The notes below the pieces were generated by a model that saw only the letters and a program-made list of their open reading frames with translations, ran no database searches and was not told where the DNA came from. Shown in pieces: positions 12,477 through 23,035 of a stretch of DNA of 64,000 bases (position 1 is the first letter of the stretch; the number at the start of each line of letters is the position of its first letter). Source of the stretch: Paraspadella gotoi (taxonomy: Eukaryota; Animalia; Chaetognatha). Position numbers and translations under genes: made by a program. The DNA lies in NCBI GenBank assembly GCA_051294375.1, contig CM119266.1, positions 12,762,081-12,826,080 on the forward strand, written 5' to 3'.

Positions 12477-14066
12477 TCATTCGCCGAAATAGTCGTAAAG
12501 ATTTTTTTGTTGAAAAGATTCGTTAGTTCGGATCACGGCCTCCCATCTTCGTACGATTAAACCAACGTGATCTTTGACCCTGGTGCCATCCAAATCGTTG
12601 ATTCTATCCCTGATACTGGACTGAATTTTTCGCAGGCGTTCGACCAGCGGCTTATACTCTCGTTGACGTTGAACAGTTTGATGTTCCAAGCCCGCGCTGA
12701 GATCGAGCAACCGCAGTGCCACATCCAAGCGATAATAGTCAACCGATCTCGCCGAGGAAACGTTCTGCAAAATGCGACACACTCGAAGAAGACCGACCGC
12801 GTCGGGAACGGAATAAAATTCGTCGGAAAAATCTTCGTCGCTTTCCAGCATTCGCCTCAGAACGCAGAAGGCTACTATGGCACGAAGCTCAACCTCGACA
12901 CTTGTCGGGATCATGTGGAGAAGAATCCTATGCAGCTTGTCCACTTGTGGTGCCACGGATTCTGAATCGGCACCGAGCTCGGAAAACATCACCATTTCCC
13001 GCGCCAATAGCCCCGTCAAAGCCTTGGGATCCGGTGAATCTTTAAAGGCCCTGTCCAGCGACGCCGAGGCGCTGTTATAGACGAGGCGCGACATCTCGGC
13101 GTGCTCTCCGATCTCGTCGTCCCACATCAGGCGGAACAAGAGTAGAAAGACTTGGTCGGCACCGTCGACTCGGCTTTGACGAAGGGCGTGATTGAGAATG
13201 GACAGCACTGCCGATAGGGGTCGGCGGAGGGACGAGGAAAAACGAGATCGTGTCCTCCGGAGGTCGTCGTCCAGCAGCGACGACCTCTTGGGACGTTTCT
13301 TTGCCGGCGAAGGCGGCGCAAGGCGGGTGAAGGGAAGGCTGCTGGCCAGGACATTCGTGCCCTCTTCGACGTCTGAGCTGATGGCGACAAAACCGAGATT
13401 ACGAAGAGAGAGGGCGAAAGACCTAATCGTGAGGCGCCCGCGAATTTCGGCGCATCCTTCGTCAAAGAACGGAATACGAAGGAGAGGACGGGGATCTTCG
13501 CCTTGCGGCGTGGTCACGGTCAAGAGAATTAAGAGGCTGGCGACTGCGATCTCTCCTTCAAACTCGTTCAGAGTCGAAGCGACGTAGGGAGCGATAAACT
13601 GCGGCAGAAGGCCAACATTGGCGCGGAGCATGCGGGCCACGCCCTGAAAGGACCCGTCGTCGGCACAATGGACGTCGAATAGTCGATGATACTCAAGGGG
13701 ATCGAACAAGTCGATGGGTTTAGGGGAAAACCTCAAAGAAGTCGCCGTTTTGACTGCCATCTGTTTGAGAATGGTCTCGTGAGTATCCTCGAATTCGTAG
13801 GAGCACCCGGGCTCCTCATCGTCGTCTCGGCAAGCCTTTGCGAGGGATCCATCGCTGCCGGCGTGATCGGCGCCCGAAAGAGTCTGAATGAGATCGTCAA
13901 AATCGAGAGAGGCGACGACTCGACGACGCTTTCGCGACTCATCGACCGTCTTTTGCGGCAGGTTCAGCAGAGGAGGCGGAGGCGGTGGTGACTCACTAGT
14001 CACGTATTTTCCTTCAGCGAAGTCGACTTTCCCAAAAAACTCGCCTCCGTCGCCATTACTCATCAT
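12477..14066 (-). CDS. SLF2: SLF2/FAM178-like SMC5/6 localisation factor, single exon, 529 aa
   Basis: C-terminal YYRLDVALRLL...IRDRINDLDGTRVKDHVGLIVRRWEAVI resembles the FAM178 conserved C-terminal block (IRE...RTKVKDLV.RI..KW). Confidence 0.7.
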   Translation of the reverse strand: MMSNGDGGEFFGKVDFAEGKYVTSESPPPPPPLLNLPQKTVDESRKRRRVVASLDFDDLIQTLSGADHAGSDGSLAKACRDDDEEPGCSYEFEDTHETILKQMAVKTATSLRFSPKPIDLFDPLEYHRLFDVHCADDGSFQGVARMLRANVGLLPQFIAPYVASTLNEFEGEIAVASLLILLTVTTPQGEDPRPLLRIPFFDEGCAEIRGRLTIRSFALSLRNLGFVAISSDVEEGTNVLASSLPFTRLAPPSPAKKRPKRSSLLDDDLRRTRSRFSSSLRRPLSAVLSILNHALRQSRVDGADQVFLLLFRLMWDDEIGEHAEMSRLVYNSASASLDRAFKDSPDPKALTGLLAREMVMFSELGADSESVAPQVDKLHRILLHMIPTSVEVELRAIVAFCVLRRMLESDEDFSDEFYSVPDAVGLLRVCRILQNVSSARSVDYYRLDVALRLLDLSAGLEHQTVQRQREYKPLVERLRKIQSSIRDRINDLDGTRVKDHVGLIVRRWEAVIRTNESFQQKNLYDYFGE

Positions 14067-14871
14067 TCGTGCTTTAATGAAACATTTCTATAACAGACGT
14101 CAGAGCTTAGACCGGCTATTTTCAAAAACACTCCCTTCAAACGATGGCGAGCGATATTAGAAATGTTAGACAGTGGGACCAGCTTGTCGCGACATCTGAG
14201 AATTGACAGACAAAATTAAAATTTGCTTGACAGTAAATATAATCATAACACGTCAAATAATCAATTTAGATCGAGTTGTGGAATTTTTTAATTAATTTTT
14301 TAATTAATTTTTTTAAAATGAAACAGACTTTGTAAATATCTTGTCCATTTTCGTATTTACATCAATTGTCTTATATTTAGCTTAATCTCCAACCCCCAGT
14401 AGTTATATGTGTTATACGCTGTCCACATATAACTACTCCCCCCAAAAAAATATATTTTTAGAGAGTAAAAAAAACAACACATACGAGACAACAGCAGTCT
14501 AATCATAGTATTATCTGAAACTTCTTGATCAACACTAAAAGCAAACTTACGTACAAACAGCAATAATTCTACAGATTCTAAGTCTTCGACGAGTAGACAA
14601 ATGACAAACGCCAAAGAAAGAAAAACTGATAAACCTTAATTTATATACTTAATTTAACTAACAATGCTGCAATCGATTATTTTTCCCTCAAAAAACTTAT
14701 TTTTAAAATAAATAAGCAAACAATTTTTAAAAAATCTATATTTGAATTCACTCCGGTATTTACAGCAACGATTCAACCCATAAATTAAGAAACACGAGAG
14801 ACGAAAGTTGATATTAAAAAAAATCCAAAAATCCTTTCAAATGAAGTTTGACCATTATTTAATCAAAATTT

Positions 14872-16044
14872 TTAGTTGCTTCGTAGACTATCCTCGACGA
14901 AACCGCTATCTGGTTCTTCGGAGTCCGTTTCAGAGCTCTTAAAAAAGCCCTCCGAGGCGTCGGCGCCCTTGTTTAGCAAAAACGTAGCGATATCGCCGTA
15001 ACCTCGACCTTGCGCAGAACACAACGGGGTGCTTCCATCATTAGCCTTTACGTTCACGTCCGCATTGCATTTCTTGAGTGAGAAAATTTTAATTCGACGG
15101 TCAATATTAGAACAAGTAGGAGGATGTCAAGCGGAAAACTAACCTCGACCAACCAGGCAACCATTTCAATGTCTTTCCACTCTACGGCGTGATGAAGTGC
15201 CGTTCTCCCACTGGATCCGTCCTTAGCGTCTACAATATTTTTATCCGCATAAATCAATTCCAGCAGAACTTTGGGTCTCCTAAAAAATAAAACGAGTTGA
15301 CACACACGGCCACAATATGTCGCGGATATTTCCTGACGCCTGGTATTTCCAGATATTTCTGGAGCTCGAGAGCTAAGGAAACCTGTGCATGGCGGCCAAA
15401 TGAAAGGAGGTAAACCCATCGTAGTTCCTCGTCTCTAAACTGGGCGGCTTTTGTTTCTCAGGTCTATCATATGTCGTAACGGGCGGGTCGTCTCCCTTGG
15501 CGGGAGTCAACAATCGTCGCACGCATGAGAGGAAACTGTCGTGGTGGAAAAAACGTTAGACCTTTGAAAATTTTTATAAAAATAGCAAAACTGAATAGAT
15601 TTCACTCACCCTCGCTTGCAGGCAATATGGAGCGGTGTGTTACCGTTTCCATCTTGTAAGGTAATGTTGGCTCCCCCAAGTATGAGATAGAATGTTGCTA
15701 GTGGAAAATTGACCATAGAAGCCAAATGAATCGGGCATTGGAAAAGTTTGTTGCGACAATTCAACTGGTGGGGATTGACAGCTTTGTTGATAAGGTACAA
15801 CACGGCGTTTTCATTTGTGCAAGCTGAGCGAAAATAAAGTTTAATAATAATTAATGGTATAACAAAGAAGAATTACTTTTTAATTTTTTTACTTTCCTCT
15901 ACAGTAACAGGAACTAGAATTTCTTTCTTTCTTTCGGTAAGATTCGAGTAAGGAATTAAATTTATGAGGGGTTAAATACCACTTTTATGAACTTATTCCT
16001 TAACAGGATTAAAAAAAGGTTCAATTTATTTACAACATATTATT

Positions 16045-16097
<53 letters not shown>

Positions 16098-16827
16098 AAA
16101 ATTAAATGATGAGCTTGATACTCGAGTTCTTTAATCTCATTTACAAATCACCCAAAATTTCAGAAATGTCATATATCTAAAATTACAAGATGTGAGTTTC
16201 TTATATTATAATTTTGCCAGGCTTTAGTCAATTAAAAGTATATATAAAATATAAACAATCCCAACCGTCTCGCTTGAGAGATATGGTGTATGCTACGACG
16301 ACGCCATATAATAAAGGAAAAGTGCAAGCTCCGCTCTTGAATTGTAAAAACAGTCAAGGCACAATAGCTTACTAAAGGAATAAATCATCTTTCTGTTAAA
16401 TGTAACATACGTTCAAACACGTTGATAATAAGCCCTATTTTTGAAGAAGTTCTTATTCAACTGTCTTACCCGCGATGTGCAAGGGGGTGTCTCCATCCAC
16501 GTCCGGACGGTAGAACTTGGAATCGGTAACTTGAGGAAGGGGAAGCTTAAAGGAGGAAGTCTCGACGTGACTGGGGAAAGATGATGAAGAACTTGAAATC
16601 GAGGAAGGATTCGAGACGTAGCCTAAGTCCGAACCCAAAGAGCCAATCCCGGAATCGCGTTGCTCTTTTTCCGATTTAATGTTGGAGTTTCTGGAGGACG
16701 AAATGCTGGAGGGATGTGGTAACGGAGGTCGAGCCACTCCGTCGGCCCGTACTTCGTCGACGCATTGCGGGGATCGAGTCTGGCCGCCTTTTGAGAGTCT
16801 AGAAGAGCTGGGAGTTCTGGAGCTCAT
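14872..16827 (-). CDS. IkappaB (NF-kB inhibitor, IkB-alpha/epsilon/Cactus-like)
   Basis: DSGIGS beta-TrCP degron preceded by lysines; ankyrin repeats (DGDTPLHIA, QCPIHLA, GNTPLHIAC, GFTSFHLAA, GRTALHHAV, GSTPL); acidic PEST-like tail; 5 exons in phase. Confidence 0.88.
16052..16089. repeat. (GA)n microsatellite in IkB intron 1
   Basis: Direct reading. Confidence 0.95.
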
Positions 16828-16938
16828 GGCGAAAATTTAAATTTTTAGCGAGATGAGTCGACGCATGGAGTTCGGCGAAGAGAATAAGAAACTTTGGCTG
16901 GCTTTGTTTTTTTTTCGCTAAAAATGATAAAAATTCAA

Positions 16939-17217
16939 GGAATTCCCCTTTGTAGTTCCGTTTTTTTTAAAAAAAAGAAAAAAAACCGATTATTTAATAT
17001 TGAACTAAAAAACGAAATCGGGATTCCCAAAAGGAACTTTCTGAACTTATATATAAGTAGTCAAGAGCGAAAGGACGAATTTTATCTATTTAGGTCAGAT
17101 TTTAATTCGGATCTCATAGAGTCTGAAAGGTGGCCCCCACCCCCACCCGGCCTGTTCCAAAAGGGTTACGAAAATTTCGAAAGGCAAGTTATTAATAGTG
17201 AAATGAAGGGAAAACCC
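16939..17217 (-). promoter_or_regulatory. Cluster of kB/Rel-like sites upstream of IkB
   Basis: GGGGAATTCC (minus, 16939-16948), GGGAATCCC (minus, 17020-17028) and GGGAAAACCC (17208-17217), all within 400 bp of the ATG in AT-rich DNA. Confidence 0.65.
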
Positions 17218-17980
17218 GCTGACGAACTGGTTTTTCCAAGCGCCCCCTCTTTCGGCAGTTTAAGTTTAACTAGAAGAGCAACTTCAGAAAAAATATTACG
17301 AGTCTTTTCTGGACTACAAAAATCAATAAAAGAGTAAAATGTTGTAAATTTTCAATACTCCAGTTAATATTTCGTATAATTTATTCTAAAATCTAAACTT
17401 TATTTAGAATTTTTTGGAATTAGCTGGACCGAAAAATGAGAAATAGCAAAGCTGTTTAGTGTTCCGTTGCTTACTTAAATTTTCTTTTTATTGTTATAAC
17501 ATAATATTTTTTATCTTTAGTACCAAGTTATTGAGAAATTTATTATTATTTATTATTATTATCTATTATTTATTTAATTATGCAAAAATTCCAAAATGTA
17601 GAATTCTTTGAATATAAAGTTACTAAACATTTTTACAGTTTCGTAAGACACGTTATAAGGCACAGAGTAGACGTTAAAAAAGGTTTTTAATAGCTTAGTA
17701 AGTGAAAAATTTTAAACGAGATTAAAATATCACAATCCAAAAAGGCAATAATTAATAAAATATTTTAACTATCTTAAAGTAAAGAATATATTTTTTATTA
17801 TAAAAATACAAACGTAAATCTCTCCGTCGGGAGAGAAAAAATCTGGGATGAAATACTCTTTATATAAATTGGCAATGTGTGGTAAAATCCAAGGAAGACA
17901 GATGACGCAAAAAGACGATAAAATCAGAAAATTCAACAATTTATCACATGACGGTTACCCAAGCGAGCTACATTGTACAT

Positions 17981-18749
17981 TAAGGCGGGTTAAATTTGAT
18001 CCATTTTTATCATTAGAAGTTCTGTCATATAAAATTCATTTGTCCATCATATACTTAATCAATATTTACTATCACTTTTATAACTAGTGAAGCACAGTAT
18101 AACATTGAAGTATTTAAATATTTATAAATGCATAGGCAATTAAATTTTTTTTTTTAAATTATTTTTTAAGAACGGATTCAGATAGCTCATAAAAAGTACA
18201 AAATATAATGCGTTTTTCAATATTTCGATGATAAGGGGTAAACCCTTAAAAATCATCATCATCACATACTAGGGACGACACAAGTTCCAGATCAAGAATG
18301 ATTTATTCTTCAACATGCGTTATAAACAATAACAGTCAAAATGCTCAGATGCTAAGTCTATTACAATGGTATTTACAAAGTCAACGTTTGACCACAAAAT
18401 AACTGGGGGAAACGAGCGGGGTCAGGTTTAAGGTCAAGTGGTTGACCGACGGTTGCATGTCTATTTGTTCGTCACAAACCATAATTTTTATTATTTTTGC
18501 TAATTTTAACCAATAAAACAAAAAAATCTGGAATTCTTGTAATAAATTTTTTATTTATTTTTTCAAGCTCTACCCGAATCCGTTTTAAAAATTCTGAATT
18601 GAATTATGATTTATAGTAATACGATAAACTTAAATGCTTTTATGTTATTAACTATAATAAAATCTTAATTTTTTTAAAAATTTATTATTCTACAGGGATG
18701 CTTTAACTTATTTAATGACAGAACTCTTAGTTTTACTTGTTCCGCCTTA
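17981..18749. mobile_element. Non-autonomous hAT (hATm-like) element A
   Basis: TIR TAAGGCGG...CCGCCTTA; identical 8-bp TSD TTGTACAT at 17973-17980 and 18750-18757. Confidence 0.75.
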
Positions 18750-18757
18750 TTGTACAT

Positions 18758-19955
18758 TAGGGTGGAGTGATGAAAATTGATGATGAACATTATTTTTTGC
18801 TGCCTATGGACATATAATTAATGAATTTTAAATCCTTTTAAAAATTATTTTAGCATAACAGTATAGCAAATTCAATTATTTATGTAATAATATCCTTATA
18901 AAATCTCAAATTCAAAATAATTTGTTTTTATTTTAAAACTGATTTGGATTCGCTGTAAAAAATAAAAACTTTTATAAAATATGTTATATATATTAATGTT
19001 TAGATCACAAAAATGATTAAAACGTTTTTAACATATATAAGTTTTTACTACAGAGAATAAAAAAGTAGGAATTTCACCTTTTTTCTTATTTAACATTGAA
19101 GATGACAGAATTTTGATAACATGTTTTATATTTTTGATTCAACTTTTTATAAAGAATCGAATCTTATTAAAAGTTTAAAAAAATATTTTTGAAATTACTA
19201 TTTTATAAGATATTACTACAAATATATTATATTTTACTATTCTGTTCCCGAGATAATATGAACAAAATATTTTGTTTACTAGTATCCATTTACATCTTTA
19301 CATCTAATATCATTGCTTCAATAGTGAGTTGATGAAAAGATTGAGTGATGAACATTATTTTTTTTGCTGCTTATGGACATATAATTAATTGAATTTTAAA
19401 TCTTTTTAAATTTTTTTAGCATAACAATATAGCAAATTCAATTATTTATGTAGTAATATCCTATAAAATCGTCAAATTCAAAAATAAATTTTTTTTTATT
19501 TTTAAGAACTGATTTGATTCGCTGTAAAAAATAAGAAACTTTTATAAAATATGTTATAAGATATTTTAATGTTTAGATCACAAAAAATGACTGAAACGTT
19601 TAACATATATAAGTTTCTACTACAGAAAATAAAAAACCAAGAATTTTCACTCTTTTCTTATTTTAAACATTAGAAGATGACAGAATTTTTTGATAACATG
19701 TTTTAATATTTTTGATTTCACTTTTTATGAAGAATCTGAATCTTTATTAAAAGTTTTATTAAAAGTTTTATAAAATTATTTTTAAAATTTATTATTTTAT
19801 AAGGATATTACTACAAATATATTATATTTTACTATTCTGTTCCCGACATAATATGAATAAAATATTTTTTGTACTAGTCAATCATACTATCTCACATCTA
19901 AATATCATTGTTCAATCATTCAAATAAATTTTTTGTTCTTGAGTGCTCCACTCTA
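18758..19955. mobile_element. Non-autonomous hAT (hATm-like) element B with an internal ~560-bp tandem duplication
   Basis: TIR TAGGGTGGAG...CTCCACTCTA; flanks TTGTACAT / TTGTACAA; 18769-19322 repeated at about 19331-19915. Confidence 0.75.
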
Positions 19956-20017
19956 TTGTACAATGTACATTCACTGATCGGGATTTTCCGGTCGGTTATT
20001 TGTTTTTCGCTTCGCTC

Positions 20018-20053
<36 letters not shown>

Positions 20054-21012
20054 AAAATTAATAACTACCCCTAATTCCTAAGCTTCGGTCGGCAATAGTA
20101 TATGGAAGGTCAACGGTCCGGCCAATATCATGTACAACTGAGTGATAAAACAAAATGGTCATGTAAAATGTAAAACTGTAAGAGAGCTAAATGCAAATGA
20201 GATTGATGAACTAAATCTCATTCTTGGTTGTATCAAAAGTTCCTTCCTTATAATACAAGAACCAAGGAGCAATAGGAAATAAAATTGTAAAACAAATGAA
20301 GCACAAAGCATTATTAAGGCGCATACTATAAAGTAAACGTAAAAGTAAAAGGTCCATAAGTTCTAAACACATTTCTTTCCGCGGAAAATAATCATAGTCT
20401 TCAAAAAGGTGTCACTCTGTTCGTATTTTAGAGCTACACAAAATAAAGGCATTTTTAGTACATTTTTTTAATATCTCACCTTTCCCACAAGCGTTAAAGT
20501 GCCACGGGCGTCAAAATAACTGATTTTCAGCAATTTCTGAGGTATTTCAGAAAGTTTTTAAAAATAATTATAAAAATAATGATGAAATTTGTATTAACTG
20601 TTATACTAAAATGTTACCTGATATATTTAATCAGAATATAAAGAACCTCAAACCGTTATCAAGAATATAGAATAAGATATTAAAACCGGAACTTTATTAC
20701 TATAACAAATAATTTCTCCAAACTCTGAAAACGTGCATGAAAAAGCACTAAAAACAACTCTTAAACTGCAATGACGACTGTGAGTTCAGTTGGCCACCGT
20801 GATTCCACAATGATGTAAAATTGAATCAGGTTGAACCCACTCGGATTGCACTAACTTACCAAAAAACAAAAGGCTCGAATTCTGCAATTTCAGAGTCAAA
20901 GCAAAAATAATAAAAGATCGTCGTTAATTCTTATAAATCATTGAAACCGGTAGGGCATTAGTCTTATATTTTCTTAACAAATGTTAAAACAACATCTATA
21001 TGTAATCATTTT

Positions 21013-22604
21013 TTAAAAGGAATATCGTTGTTTTTGAAGCCATTCCTTATGAGCAGTAAGGGCAAAACTAGGGTTGTTTTCATCCTCCCACAAGCGAATA
21101 ATCAGTTTTTTTATTATATCACCGTCTTCCTCGCTACACAAGGGATACTCGTCCAATAGATAGAGTTGAGTAGAAAAAAGTTGCTCCTTTTCCACAGCAA
21201 AAATCTAAAAGTTAGATGAAAAACTTTGACCATCACAATTTTTTATTGATCTTCCTACTATTCATATACGATGAATATTAGTAAAAATTCACTTAATAAC
21301 TATTTCGTTGTAAAATATTTAGGCTAAAACTAGACGGAAATACATTCTACTGGATAATGGGATTCCCCTGGAGAATTTTATCAAACTAAAAAAAGTGGAA
21401 CTTTTTTGTTATTACTATGCATAGTATTAACTTAAAATTAAAAAAAAATGGGTAACCGGTAAAAAAAATTTAATTTTCAATTTCAATTTACCTTTCCGCC
21501 AGAGATGAGCTCATAAAAAATAGCAGCGAGCGCGAAACCATCACTACCGAATGACTGAATGCAGAAGCCTAAAAAGTTAGAAACCGCGATCAATTTTCAA
21601 ACTGTTTTTAAACAGATCATGCAGATTCATTAGTCTGTGATACGATTTATCTCTAATTAAACTTATCATCATCCTGTTTTTTAAGTTCAATCGAGACTTA
21701 TCGAACAATTTTCATTTGCTATATACAGGGGTGGGACCATATATCGAGACAAAACTTAACGTCCTGCCCTGTCTGAACGATTTGAGATACAATAATAAAA
21801 TAGGTGCCAAAAGATTTTTCTGTCTTTTAACTTTCATATGCAATGAAACAATAACAAATTTTAAACAACTACAGGGCGTTGTGGATGTTTTCAAATCATT
21901 TAGCCATTGACCCTTTTATCACGCATTCTGAAATCTGACATGATTAATTTACATATCTGACAATATCATTATTACATTTTTAAATAAAGGTCAGTTTAAA
22001 TAAAAATTGGATATAATAGTAACTTACCAGAACCTTACTTACCTCAACATTTTTTTGACAAATGTAATGTATACCATGCTAAAAGTATTCTTATACTATA
22101 AATAAACATTTTCATTAATAATTTTATCTGCCATGTTTTTAGAATGGGATTAAACAATAAGTTGTCAAACATTTTTCTTTCAAACCGCGCGGAGAAAACA
22201 GAGCAGTTGCCTTTGCTTCATCAAAATAAGCATTATACCAAAGAATTTCATAACAATTAATATATCGGATAAAAGCTAAGAAAGAGCATAATTTGAATCT
22301 TTATTCAGATTTCGAAAATCATTAACAGTTTTAGCGTAATGATTTTTAAAATTTTGTCTCGATATATGGTCCCTCCCCTGTAGTATTAGGGATTTCGAAA
22401 TCAACTATTAACAAGTATTAGCCAACCTTCTCTCAGATTATTTGACCAGTAATTCTGAACACCAACAACTTCACGATCACGCAGCGGCTCAAAGCCTAAA
22501 CGTGCCAAATTGAAGTCCACGAGCCAAATTTTGCTGCTAATACGATTGAAAAGAACGTTTTTGGAATGAATATCTCTGAAGACTACGCCTAGAATCAAAC
22601 GCAA
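21013..22604 (-). pseudogene. Protein kinase remnant (C-lobe fragments)
   Basis: GVVFRDIHSKNVL...WLVDFNLARLG resembles the catalytic loop and DFG region (22604-22425). A possible last exon lies at 21013-21205. No N-lobe found. Confidence 0.45.
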
Positions 22605-22691
22605 AAAAAGATTACTAATAATTTTACTTGATTTAAATTTCTTTTAAAAATATTTTAAATTATTAAAACTCATAATACTAAATTGATCGAA

Positions 22692-22882
22692 AAGAGGGGG
22701 TCGCCAAGCCCCTCTGACGGTGTGCATAGCTCCCAAACTTAGTTAGTTGTCCTGATCGTCTGATCGCTACCGGTGGTTTAACCGACCCGTCACTCTTTTG
22801 CAAGGACCGTTCCGAGCAGGAATAGAACCCGGGAGCATTGGATTCGGACATAAAGCATTAGCCTAATGCACTATTACGGCGC
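22692..22882 (-). mobile_element. tRNA-derived SINE-like element
   Basis: The minus strand has A-box-like TAGTGCATTAGG and B-box-like GGTTCTATTCC at tRNA spacing, followed by a GC-rich body. Confidence 0.5.
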
Positions 22883-23035
22883 TGATGGGTAGTGATATTA
22901 CGTCATTACAATACCATATAAAAAAGCTTAAAGTAAAAGCGTTAAATAGAATGGATATTATATAGATATATAGATATAGATATATATAGATATAGATATT
23001 ATATAGATATATTATATAGATGTACAATTGTACAT

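Noticed and set aside
11612-13991. Plus-strand ORFs overlapping DDRGK1 and SLF2, and similar ones elsewhere
   Set aside because: Antisense shadows of GC-rich exons, with no motifs or splice support.
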